The notes beneath the pieces are model-generated. The model was not told the DNA's origin. It did no database searches and saw only the letters and a list, made by a program, of their open reading frames with translations. DNA of 64,000 bases from an uncultured Peptococcaceae bacterium (GTDB taxonomy: Bacteria > Bacillota > Dehalobacteriia > UBA4068). The DNA is taken from contig CASEQE010000009.1 of assembly GCA_949289995.1 (NCBI GenBank), forward strand, positions 5,706 through 69,705, given 5' to 3'. Position numbers and translations under genes: made by a program. This document shows, piece by piece, positions 9,984-19,449 of the stretch; position 1 is the stretch's first letter; the number at the start of each line of letters is the position of its first letter.

Positions 9984-11789
9984 ATGCACGGATTGATTCC
10001 TCCGGAGATTATAGAAGAAATCATCGAACGTAACGATATTGTGGAGGTAATCGGCGAATACGTGCCCTTGAAAAAAAGAGGACGTAATTATTTTGGGCTA
10101 TGCCCATTTCATCAAGAAGATACGGAAAGTTTTGCCGTAAACCAAGAGAAACAATTCTTCAATTGTTTTGGCTGCGGCAAAGGCGGTAACGTCATTGGCT
10201 TTGTACGGGATATTGAAGGCATATCCTTCCCTGAGGCCGCTCGCAAATTGGCGGAAAGAGTCGGTATTCATATTCCAGAAAAAAACCTTTCCCCTGACGA
10301 AAGGCAAAAACTGGAATTGCGTCAACAAATGTTGAACGCCAACGAAGCGGCTAAAGATTTTTACCAACAATGCCTATGGTCTGCCGCTCATAATAGCGGA
10401 CAAGCATATTTACAAAAACGGGGACTCAGCCAAGAAATTAGCAAACGTTTTTCTCTGGGTTATGCTTCGGAAAACCATTGGCAAGCCCTATACGATCATC
10501 TAAAAATAAAATTTAATGAAAATATTTTAACGCAAGCGGGACTAATTAGCAAAAGCGCTAAAAATGGACGGTATTATGATAAATTTCATGGACGTTTGAT
10601 TTTTCCCATCCGTGATTATCAAGGCCGGGTAGTCGCTTTTGGCGGTCGGACCTTAACCGGAGATGCAGCAAAATATTTAAACTCCATGAACACGCCTTTG
10701 TTCAACAAATCCCAGGTACTATACGGGCTGGATGTAGCGGGCCAGGCCGTTCGTCAAAGCCGGCAAATTTTTATCATGGAAGGCTATATGGACGTAATCG
10801 CCGCTCATCAATTTGGTATAACCAATGCGGTGGCTACTTTGGGCACCGCATTTACCGAAGCCCATAGCCGTCTGCTTAAACGTTATGCCCCCGATCCACC
10901 GCAGAAACTCGTTGTGTATTTGGCTTTCGACGGCGATCAAGCCGGCGCAAAAGCTGCAGGCGGCGGTTTAAATAAATTGCGCAACTTGGATTATATCGAC
11001 GTACGAATCCTAGTATTACCCCCCGGACAGGATCCTGATGACTTCCTTCGCAGTCAAGGCCCAGAGGCATGGCATAATTTAGCCGCCGAACACGCTTACA
11101 CCATTTTGGATTACGTCTTGGAACAGGCTTTAAATCACCACGATATCAGCAATGCAAGCGGCAAAAGCAACCTGGTGGCAGAATTGTTGCCATCCATAGC
11201 CGCAACTACTAGCGATGTGGAACGGGATAGCTTTATTCGACGCTTAGCCCAAATTTTGCAAGTAGACGTAGAAAGTATTTATGCGGATTTGCGGCGTAGC
11301 GGTTTACAAATTAGCCGTCCTAGGCAACAAACCGTTCACCCGGCGGCTTGGAAAGAACCGGTAATTCATAAAGCTAGCTTTTTTCTTCTTCGTTTGGCAA
11401 TTGAAAATCCTGGCATATTTGCGGACGCCGCGCAAGACTTGGAGGAAGCTTTTGCCAACGTTCCCGAAGGACTTCAGCTCATTGGCCTGATCAAACAATT
11501 GGCTGAAGGATACGATTTTCACCCCGCTACATTATTCAACCATATCGACGCGAATAGTGAAGGGTTACGGAAGTTTTTGTTGAAATTATTACAAGCGGAT
11601 CTTCCACAGGGAGATTCAGAACAACTGGCCGCTGAAGCGATAAAGGGTATGAAACGCGCCTTACTAATGGATAAAAAGGAACGGCTGAAACAAGAATTAA
11701 ACGCCGCCTTGGCTGCAAAGCAAGACGTCAAAGATCTATTAGTTAAACAAATGGCGCTGGATAAACAGTTGGAAGATTTAAAGGGATAG
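9984..11789 (+). CDS. dnaG: DNA primase
   Basis: CHC2 zinc finger (CPFHQEDTESF...CFGCGKGGNVIGFV), then TOPRIM and a DnaB-binding C-terminus. The start was moved to ATG 9984, which has an upstream RBS, rather than 9954. Confidence 0.9.
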   Translation: MHGLIPPEIIEEIIERNDIVEVIGEYVPLKKRGRNYFGLCPFHQEDTESFAVNQEKQFFNCFGCGKGGNVIGFVRDIEGISFPEAARKLAERVGIHIPEKNLSPDERQKLELRQQMLNANEAAKDFYQQCLWSAAHNSGQAYLQKRGLSQEISKRFSLGYASENHWQALYDHLKIKFNENILTQAGLISKSAKNGRYYDKFHGRLIFPIRDYQGRVVAFGGRTLTGDAAKYLNSMNTPLFNKSQVLYGLDVAGQAVRQSRQIFIMEGYMDVIAAHQFGITNAVATLGTAFTEAHSRLLKRYAPDPPQKLVVYLAFDGDQAGAKAAGGGLNKLRNLDYIDVRILVLPPGQDPDDFLRSQGPEAWHNLAAEHAYTILDYVLEQALNHHDISNASGKSNLVAELLPSIAATTSDVERDSFIRRLAQILQVDVESIYADLRRSGLQISRPRQQTVHPAAWKEPVIHKASFFLLRLAIENPGIFADAAQDLEEAFANVPEGLQLIGLIKQLAEGYDFHPATLFNHIDANSEGLRKFLLKLLQADLPQGDSEQLAAEAIKGMKRALLMDKKERLKQELNAALAAKQDVKDLLVKQMALDKQLEDLKG

Positions 11790-11810
11790 AGCGAAAGCGA
11801 GGATTGACCA

Positions 11811-12908
11811 TTGGAACGCACCAAGGAGGAAATCGTTAAAAAGCTCATTGAAGGGGCCAAACCCAAAGGCTATATTTCTTATACGGAAATTATGGATGCC
11901 TTAAACGAGCTTGAATTAACGCCGGAACGAATTGACGAAATCTATGAACAATTGGCGCAAGCCGGTATTGAAATCGGCTCGGCCGATATTGTCATGGAAG
12001 CGCTAACCGACCCGGACGATACGGAAGTATTGCCCGTAGTGGAACCTTTAGAAATAGATTTGTCCGTACCGGAAGGCATAGCGATCGACGATCCGGTAAG
12101 AATGTACCTCAAAGAAATCGGCCGTGTACCTCTGCTAACCGCTGACGAAGAAGTACTATATGCCAAATTAATGGAAGAAGGCGACGAAGAGGCAAAACGC
12201 CGCCTGGCCGAAGCCAATTTACGCCTGGTGGTCAGTATCGCCAAACGCTATGTTGGCCGCGGTATGTTGTTTTTAGACCTGATTCAAGAGGGCAATCTGG
12301 GCTTGATCAAAGCCGTAGAAAAATTCGACTATCATAAAGGTTATAAATTTAGCACGTACGCCACTTGGTGGATTCGCCAAGCCATCACGAGAGCCATAGC
12401 CGATCAGGCTAGAACCATTCGTATCCCCGTCCATATGGTGGAAACCATCAATAAATTGATTCGTATCCAACGGCAACTGATACAAGAACTGGGGCGAGAT
12501 CCTACGCCGGAAGAAATCGCCGCAGAAATGGAAATTTCCGTGGAAAGAGTACGGGAAATCCTGAAAATTTCTCAGGAACCAGTTTCTTTGGAGACGCCGA
12601 TTGGCGAAGAAGAAGATAGCCACTTAGGGGATTTTATCGAAGATGAAGAAGCACTGGCTCCGGCAGAAGCCGCTTCATTTTTCCTTCTCAGAGAGCAATT
12701 GGAAGATGTTTTAGGCACGTTAACACCGAGAGAGAAAAAAGTATTGCAATTGCGCTTCGGTTTGGAAGATGGAAGAACCCGTACCTTAGAAGAAGTAGGG
12801 CAAGTATTTGGCGTCACCCGCGAAAGAATCCGTCAAATTGAAGCCAAAGCCCTGCGTAAACTGCGTCATCCCAGTCGTAGCAAAAAACTAAAAGACTATC
12901 TCGATTAA
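11811..12908 (+). CDS. sigA: Primary RNA polymerase sigma factor (sigma-70/SigA)
   Basis: Regions 1.2 through 4 are present ([79 protein letters not shown]). Apparent TTG start with RBS GCGAGGA. Confidence 0.9.
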   Translation: MERTKEEIVKKLIEGAKPKGYISYTEIMDALNELELTPERIDEIYEQLAQAGIEIGSADIVMEALTDPDDTEVLPVVEPLEIDLSVPEGIAIDDPVRMYLKEIGRVPLLTADEEVLYAKLMEEGDEEAKRRLAEANLRLVVSIAKRYVGRGMLFLDLIQEGNLGLIKAVEKFDYHKGYKFSTYATWWIRQAITRAIADQARTIRIPVHMVETINKLIRIQRQLIQELGRDPTPEEIAAEMEISVERVREILKISQEPVSLETPIGEEEDSHLGDFIEDEEALAPAEAASFFLLREQLEDVLGTLTPREKKVLQLRFGLEDGRTRTLEEVGQVFGVTRERIRQIEAKALRKLRHPSRSKKLKDYLD

Positions 12909-12930
12909 ATAAATCGATTGGTATACATGA

Positions 12931-12969
12931 AAAGCAAACCGGTTTTCCCCATACCGGTTTGCTTTTTTG
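12931..12969 (+). terminator. Rho-independent terminator after sigA
   Basis: GCAAACCGG-loop-CCGGTTTGC followed by TTTTTT. Confidence 0.75.
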
Positions 12970-13227
12970 CCCTAAGATTCCCGGACATACGGCTGGTATG
13001 GACGAGGATAGATATTTCCCCTAGCTCCGCCAAAAACAAAAATTTATCCCGCATCTTCTTAGCCGGCGAACATCTTAGCATAACATCGGTTAGCCGTAGC
13101 CGGCGACGGCCGGGAGACCGCTACTAACGCCTACATCAACCTCCCGCTTATCTAACGACCTGGAACAATATGCATCTCTCCACGCCATTGGCGGTTATAC
13201 GCTGGCTTTAGGATAACAAAATTCCCC

Positions 13228-13256
13228 TTGACCCCATAAAATAAATCAAGTATAAT
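13228..13256 (+). promoter_or_regulatory. Sigma-A-type promoter for the downstream tRNA
   Basis: TTGACC, 17-nt spacer, TATAAT. The -10 element ends about 20 nt before the tRNA 5' end. Confidence 0.55.
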
Positions 13257-13276
13257 AACTGTTGTGGCAATCCCAA

Positions 13277-13352
13277 GGGCCCTTAGCTCAGTTGGTAGAG
13301 CTCCCGGCTCATAACCGGTCGGTCACTGGTTCGAATCCAGTAGGGCCCACCA
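13277..13352 (+). tRNA. tRNA with anticodon CAT, most like tRNA-Ile2 (lysidine-modified LAU) rather than elongator Met
   Basis: 76-nt cloverleaf with encoded CCA. The anticodon loop is CUCAUAA. TilS identity pairs C4:G69, C5:G68 and C29:G41 are present, and the acceptor and D-arm closely resemble E. coli ileX. It is not an initiator, since positions 1:72 are paired. Confidence 0.6.
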
Positions 13353-13382
13353 AAGCCCGGCTTTTTTATGCCGGGCTTTTTG
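13353..13382 (+). terminator. Rho-independent terminator after the tRNA
   Basis: AAGCCCGGC-TTTTTTAT-GCCGGGCTT followed by TTTTG. Confidence 0.75.
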
Positions 13383-13396
13383 CTTAAGGAGGAAAT

Positions 13397-14698
13397 ATGG
13401 GGGGAAAAATCAGCGGCGTTATGCCGCATAGCATTGCCGAAGAATTGGATCTACATTCTGGAGACATATTGCTGCAAATCAATGGCAAAACGGTAAAAGA
13501 TATTATCGACTACGACTTTTTAACCGCAGAAGAATATCTGGAATTAACCATTCAATTGGCAAACGGTGAAATAGTAGTTTTTGAGATTGAAAAAGACTAT
13601 GATGAACCGATAGGTTTGATTTTCGATTCCGACGTATTCGACGGTATTCGAACCTGCGCCAATCATTGCTTATTCTGTTTTATCGATCAATTACAGCCCA
13701 ACCCCCGTCCTTCTCTACTATTAAAAGATGACGATTACCGTATGTCGTTCCTGGAAGGAAATTTTATTACCGCCACCAACCTAAAAGAAGCAGACTTTCA
13801 ACGAATTCAAACTTTAAAACTCAGCCCGCTATATATATCTGTACATAGTACAGATCCTAAACTGCGACAAGAATTGCTGGGGTTCAAAAAAGATGCAGCT
13901 ATTTTACCTACGTTGCAACGACTAATCGACTATGGCTGCCGTATCCATTGCCAAATCGTCCTTTGTCCAGATATTAACGATGGGAACGCCCTAGAAAAGA
14001 CCATAAACGACTTAATCCCGCTTCATCCTGGGGTTGCTTCCGTAGCAGTGGTGCCGGTAGGCCTAACCCAGTATCAGACCAATCCCCGTCTGCGACTTTA
14101 TTCATCCCAGGAAGCAGGTAAAATTTTGACGCAAATCGAAACTATACAACGGCATTGCCGCGAAAAACTAGGCGATTGTTTTGTATTTGCCGCCGATGAA
14201 CTATATATCAAAGCCGGCCGGCCTTTTCCAGATGCCGACCATTATGGCGAATTTCCGCAACTGGAAAACGGCGTGGGGATGGCGGCTTTGTTTCAGAAAC
14301 AATGGTATGATTTATCCCACCGGCTTCCCCACAGCTTATCCTTGCAGCAAAAAACCGCCGTCGTAACCGGCATAAACGGAGCGGCAGTGCTACAGCCATT
14401 GCTGCAACCGTATCTATTGAAGCCGCAGAAAACAAATCTTTATTTACACACGGTAGAAAATCATTTTTATGGGCCGCAAACGACGGCTACCGGCTTACTG
14501 AGCGGATCTTGTTTGTTGCAGTCGATCCCTCCCGGTCAATATCAACGTTTATTATTGCCGGCAAATATGTTTAAATTTGACAGCCAGTTGTTTCTGGACG
14601 ATTTAACAGCCGCGCAAGTAGCCAACCGGCTTAACTGTCAAATCCAAATCATTGAACCCAACGCCGCCGCTTTAATCGCCGCCCTAAGCGGTAACTAG
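13397..14698 (+). CDS. PDZ-domain / radical-SAM-like DUF512 family protein
   Basis: N-terminal PDZ-like segment, then a CxxxCxxC motif (CANHCLFC) and the DUF512-type C-terminal region. Conserved position upstream of der. Confidence 0.55.
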   Translation: MGGKISGVMPHSIAEELDLHSGDILLQINGKTVKDIIDYDFLTAEEYLELTIQLANGEIVVFEIEKDYDEPIGLIFDSDVFDGIRTCANHCLFCFIDQLQPNPRPSLLLKDDDYRMSFLEGNFITATNLKEADFQRIQTLKLSPLYISVHSTDPKLRQELLGFKKDAAILPTLQRLIDYGCRIHCQIVLCPDINDGNALEKTINDLIPLHPGVASVAVVPVGLTQYQTNPRLRLYSSQEAGKILTQIETIQRHCREKLGDCFVFAADELYIKAGRPFPDADHYGEFPQLENGVGMAALFQKQWYDLSHRLPHSLSLQQKTAVVTGINGAAVLQPLLQPYLLKPQKTNLYLHTVENHFYGPQTTATGLLSGSCLLQSIPPGQYQRLLLPANMFKFDSQLFLDDLTAAQVANRLNCQIQIIEPNAAALIAALSGN

Positions 14699-14727
14699 CC
14701 ATCACTTTTATTCGCGAAGGAGTGCTT

Positions 14728-16068
14728 ATGTCTAAACCTATCGTCGCCATTGTGGGCAGGGAAAACGTCGGTAAATCCACCTTATTCAACCGTATCATTG
14801 GCGAACGCCAGGCGATTGTAGAAGATACGCCGGGCATTACCCGCGATCGTCTATATCGTGATGGCGAATGGTTAAACCGTCCGTTCACGCTAATTGATAC
14901 TGGCGGTATTAAATTTACCGATGCGGAAGGATTTATTTACGGCAAAGTCAAACAACAAGCCGAATTAGCCATTGAAGAAGCGCAAGTGATTATTTTCGTA
15001 GTCGATTTTCTGGCAGGCGTAACCGCTGAAGATATGGATGTGGCTGATTTGTTGCGCAAAAGCGGTAAACCGGTTATTTTGGCAGTAAACAAAACCGACA
15101 ATTTTAATAGCGATGAGGATTTGCTGCCTGTTTATGATTTCTATACTTTGGGATTAGGCGATCCCATTCCTGTTTCCGCCAGTCAAGCTTTGAATATCGG
15201 CGATCTCTTGGACGAAGTAATCGCTCATTTTCAACCAATAGATGAAGATGACAATGAAGGCGACGTGGTGAAAATCGCTTTTATCGGCCGTCCTAACGTA
15301 GGCAAAAGTTCTCTGGTCAATCGATTATTGGGGCAGGAGCGAGTAATCGTTTCCGATATGCCTGGCACCACTCGAGATGCCATCGATACCAAACTATGCA
15401 AAGATGGAAGAGAGTATTTGATTATCGATACAGCCGGCATGCGGCATAAGCCAAAAATTAACGAACCGGCAGAATATTATAGCATGGCCCGAGCGCTAAA
15501 CGCTTTAGGACGAGCGGATGTGGCGGTGTTGGTCATCGATGCAGTTAGCGGCATCACGGAGCAAGACAAACGGATTGCCGGTTATGCACATCAGGAAGGC
15601 AAGGGATTGCTAATTTTAGTAAACAAATGGGATTTGCCGGAAAAAGACGACAAAACCATGAATAAATTTGAAAAAGATATTAAAGAACAGCTTTCATTTG
15701 CTTCTTATGCCCTTACGTTATTTGTATCGGCAAAAACCGGCCAACGTTGCGATAAAATTTTACCATTGGCAGATTTTATTTCCGAACAAGCGAGCCGTCG
15801 TATTACTACGGCAGCCTTTAACGAAGTGCTCCGGGAGGCGGTGGCCTTAAATTCTCCGCCTACCGACAAGGGTAAAAGATTAAAAATTCTCTATGGTACG
15901 CAGGTAGGGGTAAAACCGCCCAAACTGGTAATTTTTCTAAACGAACCGGAGATGATGCATTTTTCTTATGCAAGATATTTAGAGAATAAAATTCGCGAAG
16001 CATTTGGTTTTGCAGGAACGCCTATTTCCCTAATTTGGCGCAAACGGGACAAAGATCCCCAATCATAA
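14728..16068 (+). CDS. der: Ribosome-associated GTPase Der/EngA (two tandem GTPase domains plus KH-like C-terminus)
   Basis: Two G1 motifs (GRENVGKST, GRPNVGKSS) and two DxxG motifs. Start set to ATG 14728 after GAAGGAG. Confidence 0.9.
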   Translation: MSKPIVAIVGRENVGKSTLFNRIIGERQAIVEDTPGITRDRLYRDGEWLNRPFTLIDTGGIKFTDAEGFIYGKVKQQAELAIEEAQVIIFVVDFLAGVTAEDMDVADLLRKSGKPVILAVNKTDNFNSDEDLLPVYDFYTLGLGDPIPVSASQALNIGDLLDEVIAHFQPIDEDDNEGDVVKIAFIGRPNVGKSSLVNRLLGQERVIVSDMPGTTRDAIDTKLCKDGREYLIIDTAGMRHKPKINEPAEYYSMARALNALGRADVAVLVIDAVSGITEQDKRIAGYAHQEGKGLLILVNKWDLPEKDDKTMNKFEKDIKEQLSFASYALTLFVSAKTGQRCDKILPLADFISEQASRRITTAAFNEVLREAVALNSPPTDKGKRLKILYGTQVGVKPPKLVIFLNEPEMMHFSYARYLENKIREAFGFAGTPISLIWRKRDKDPQS

Positions 16069-16108
16069 TCGACAAGCTATAAAAAATAATCGTGAAAAAG
16101 GTGATTAT

Positions 16109-16702
16109 ATGGTTTGGCAATGGATCGCGCTACTAATCGGCGCCTATCTATTGGGGTCGATTCCTTCCGCTTATCTTTTGGTAAAATTCTATCGAGGCAT
16201 CGATATTCGAAAATTTGGTTCCGGTAACGTAGGTAGCACAAACACGGTTCGGGCGGCTGGCAAAGGCGCAGGAATCCTGGTGTTTCTCATAGACTCATTA
16301 AAAGGGGCGATTCCCACTCTGATCGGCTTAAAACTAGGCGGCGAAAATATGGCGGCAGCGGCAGGCGCAATGGCCGTAGTGGGGCATATGTTTCCCGTCT
16401 GGTTAAAATTCAAAGGAGGCAAAGGCGTGGCCACCACCATCGGCATGTCGTTTGTACTGACGCCATGGGGGGCGTTGATTACCTTTGCCATATGGTTTGT
16501 CACGCTGATCGCCACCGGCTATGTATCCCTAGGCTCTTGCGTCGGCGGCGTGGTGCTGTGGATTTGTTACCTTTGCGGCCGGCATTCATTTGTTGTGAAC
16601 GTTATCCTTTTGGCTATCGTCCTACTCGTCTTATGGAAACATAGAAGCAATTTTCGCAACATCAAAAACGGCACGGAAAGCAAATCCTTTCGAAAATACT
16701 AA
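16109..16702 (+). CDS. plsY: Glycerol-3-phosphate acyltransferase PlsY
   Basis: 197 aa membrane protein with the GSGNVGSTN motif. Confidence 0.85.
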   Translation: MVWQWIALLIGAYLLGSIPSAYLLVKFYRGIDIRKFGSGNVGSTNTVRAAGKGAGILVFLIDSLKGAIPTLIGLKLGGENMAAAAGAMAVVGHMFPVWLKFKGGKGVATTIGMSFVLTPWGALITFAIWFVTLIATGYVSLGSCVGGVVLWICYLCGRHSFVVNVILLAIVLLVLWKHRSNFRNIKNGTESKSFRKY

Positions 16703-16745
16703 CGCCGTCCTTTGCCTGAATTATCTCATTTAGGGGGAATCGTTT

Positions 16746-17741
16746 ATGCGAATCAAAGTCTTAGGTGCCGGTAGTTGGGGTACAGCCTTATCCTTATTAC
16801 TCTATCAAAACGGTCATAATGTCAGCGTATGGGATTGGGATGCCAACCATGTAGAAGAAATGCTACGCGATGGCGAAAACCGTATTTTTATGCCTGGCGT
16901 GCCTTTGCCCACGGATCTACTGATTTCCAATCATATTTCCGGTGTGGCTAGCGCCGATATGGTGTTGTTTTCCGTCCCCTCCACCGCTATACGCTCCGTA
17001 GCGAAACAAGTTCGTCCTTTTATTAAGCCGGAAGCTATTTTAGTTAACACGGCCAAAGGGTTCTACCCGGAAGGGCAAAAACGCTTGTCCCAGGTGATTC
17101 AAGAAGTTCTGCCGAACCACGCTTGCGTAACCATTTCCGGTCCCAGCCATGCGGAAGAAGTTGCTCGCAAACTACCGACTACCGTCGTGGTTGCCGGCGC
17201 AGAGTTATCTACCCTGCAATTGGTGCAAGACGTGTTTATGAACACGTTTTTCCGCGTATATACGAATAACGATATTATTGGCGTAGAAGTAGGCGGGGCG
17301 GTAAAAAATATCATCGCTTTAGGCGCAGGCATTGTAGACGGTCTGGGTCTAGGCGATAACGCCAAAGCCGCCTTGATCACCAGAGGTCTGGCGGAAATTA
17401 CCCGTTTGGGCGTAGCCATGGGCGCCAATCCGGCAACGTTTGCCGGTTTGGCGGGCATAGGCGATTTGGTGGTTACTTGTACCTCTCGACATAGCCGTAA
17501 TTATCGTGCTGGACGAGAAATTGGCTTGGGGCGGCCCTGGAATCAAGTGGTAGAAGATATGTGCATGGTAGTAGAAGGCGTTTATGCAACAGAATCCACC
17601 TACAAACTAGCCAAACGCTATCAGGTAGAAATGCCGATTACAGAGCAGATTTACCAATTGCTTTATCATGGCCGCAGTCCACGGGAAGCGATGTGGGCAT
17701 TAATGACCAGAGCCCGGACCCAAGAGGAAAATCATCTATAA
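16746..17741 (+). CDS. gpsA: NAD(P)H-dependent glycerol-3-phosphate dehydrogenase
   Basis: N-terminal GAGSWGTAL Rossmann motif, 331 aa. The der-plsY-gpsA synteny is conserved. Confidence 0.9.
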   Translation: MRIKVLGAGSWGTALSLLLYQNGHNVSVWDWDANHVEEMLRDGENRIFMPGVPLPTDLLISNHISGVASADMVLFSVPSTAIRSVAKQVRPFIKPEAILVNTAKGFYPEGQKRLSQVIQEVLPNHACVTISGPSHAEEVARKLPTTVVVAGAELSTLQLVQDVFMNTFFRVYTNNDIIGVEVGGAVKNIIALGAGIVDGLGLGDNAKAALITRGLAEITRLGVAMGANPATFAGLAGIGDLVVTCTSRHSRNYRAGREIGLGRPWNQVVEDMCMVVEGVYATESTYKLAKRYQVEMPITEQIYQLLYHGRSPREAMWALMTRARTQEENHL

Positions 17742-17908
17742 CGTTTCTACCCTCCCTTTCTTGGCAGCGCCGGTTCGCTTTCAAAAAAAATTTTTTCATA
17801 GACACATAAAAATCAATGGCCAAACATAAAAAGTATGGAGCGTATCCATACTTTTTCTTTTGCCAAAATAACGCTCGCCCCAATATATAATCAAAGGGAG
17901 GGAAAAGA

Positions 17909-19387
17909 GTGGAGAATTTTGATGTACTGAAAGACGTCTCCGAAAGAACTGGGGGGGATATCTATTTAGGCGTGGTTGGACCGGTGCGTACCGGGAAATC
18001 AACCTTCATCAAGCGGTTCATGGAAACATTGGTCCTTCCCAACATAGAAGATTTCCATGAACGCAACCGGGCATTGGACGAAACGCCGCAAAGCGGAGCC
18101 GGCCGCACGATCATGACCAGCGAACCCAAATTTATCCCCGCCGAAGCCGTAGCTGTGGAGGTGGCGGATGGAATTACTATGCGGGTCAGACTTGTGGATT
18201 GCGTGGGTTATGGCGTGGAAGGCGCCTTAGGTTTTATGGAAGAGGATGAACCGCGCATGGTGAACACGCCTTGGTTTAGCGAACCGATCCCCTTCAACGA
18301 AGCCGCGGAACTGGGAACACGCAAAGTGATTAGCGAACACAGCACCATTGGTTTGGTTATGACTACCGACGGCAGCTTTGGCGATTTGCCTAGAGAAAAC
18401 TTTGTTCCTGCAGAGCAAAGAGTCGTTGGGGAACTGAAAGAATTGGGCAAACCCTTTGTTATTATTCTCAATAGCGCTCATCCGGATGAAGATACCACGT
18501 TGGATTTGGCACAAGAGTTAAGCGATCAATACCAAGTGACGGTAGTACCAGTGGATGCTCTGCGTATGGACTATCAAGATATTTTAGAAATATTGAATGC
18601 TTCTTTATATGAATTCCCGGTTAGCGAAATCAACATCACTCTACCGCGCTGGGTAGAAGAATTGGAAGCGGAACATCCACTACGACAAACTCTAGAACGG
18701 CAAGTAGGGCAATCGGTTGCCAATGTGAGCAAAGTACGGGATATCAGCCAACTGCTTACCGATCTACAAATCGAAGACGTCACCGGCGCTATCGCATTAT
18801 CCAACTTGGATTTAGGCCAAGGAGCAGCTTCCATCAAAATAGATGCTGCCGACGGCTTATTTAATCAAATCCTCAGTGAATATGCCGGCACGCCGATTGA
18901 AGGAGAACATACCATTTTAAAAGTGATTCGCCAATTTGGTCAAGGCGCCCGAGAGTGGAGAAAGATTGCGCCGGCCATGGCGGAAGTTTTAGAAAACGGT
19001 TACGGCGTAGTTACGCCGCAGTTGGAAGAAATGTATCTAGAAGAACCGGAACTCATCAAACAAGGCGGCCATTTCGGCGTAAAATTGCGGGCCTCTGCCC
19101 CCAGCTATCATATTATTCGCGCCAATGTTTCAGCGGAACTAACACCTTTAATCGGCACGGAAAAACAATGCGAAGAATTGGTGCGCTATATCATGAGTGA
19201 ATTTGAGGACGATCCGCAAAAACTGTGGAGCACCAATATTTTTGGCAAATCTCTGCATGATTTGGTATCCGAAGAAATTAGCGGCAAGCTAACCCGTATG
19301 CCGGACAATGCACAGGCCAAATTAGCTGAAACCCTACAAAGAATCGTCAATGAAACCGGCGGCGGACTGATTTGCATCATCATCTAA
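17909..19387 (+). CDS. spoIVA: Stage IV sporulation protein A (spore coat basement-layer ATPase)
   Basis: Walker A motif (GPVRTGKSTFIKRF), 492 aa. It lies downstream of gpsA, as in B. subtilis. Confidence 0.9.
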   Translation: MENFDVLKDVSERTGGDIYLGVVGPVRTGKSTFIKRFMETLVLPNIEDFHERNRALDETPQSGAGRTIMTSEPKFIPAEAVAVEVADGITMRVRLVDCVGYGVEGALGFMEEDEPRMVNTPWFSEPIPFNEAAELGTRKVISEHSTIGLVMTTDGSFGDLPRENFVPAEQRVVGELKELGKPFVIILNSAHPDEDTTLDLAQELSDQYQVTVVPVDALRMDYQDILEILNASLYEFPVSEINITLPRWVEELEAEHPLRQTLERQVGQSVANVSKVRDISQLLTDLQIEDVTGAIALSNLDLGQGAASIKIDAADGLFNQILSEYAGTPIEGEHTILKVIRQFGQGAREWRKIAPAMAEVLENGYGVVTPQLEEMYLEEPELIKQGGHFGVKLRASAPSYHIIRANVSAELTPLIGTEKQCEELVRYIMSEFEDDPQKLWSTNIFGKSLHDLVSEEISGKLTRMPDNAQAKLAETLQRIVNETGGGLICIII

Positions 19388-19401
19388 TTGGGCCAAAACG
19401 T

Positions 19402-19441
19402 AAAAAAGACAAAACCTGGTCCTAGCGGCCAGGTTTTGTCA
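19402..19441. terminator. Hairpin terminator between convergent spoIVA and the SLH protein gene
   Basis: GACAAAACCTGG...CCAGGTTTTGTC. The T-run is canonical on the minus-strand reading. A-run on the 5' side of the plus strand. Confidence 0.55.
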
Positions 19442-19449
19442 GTCCATCA

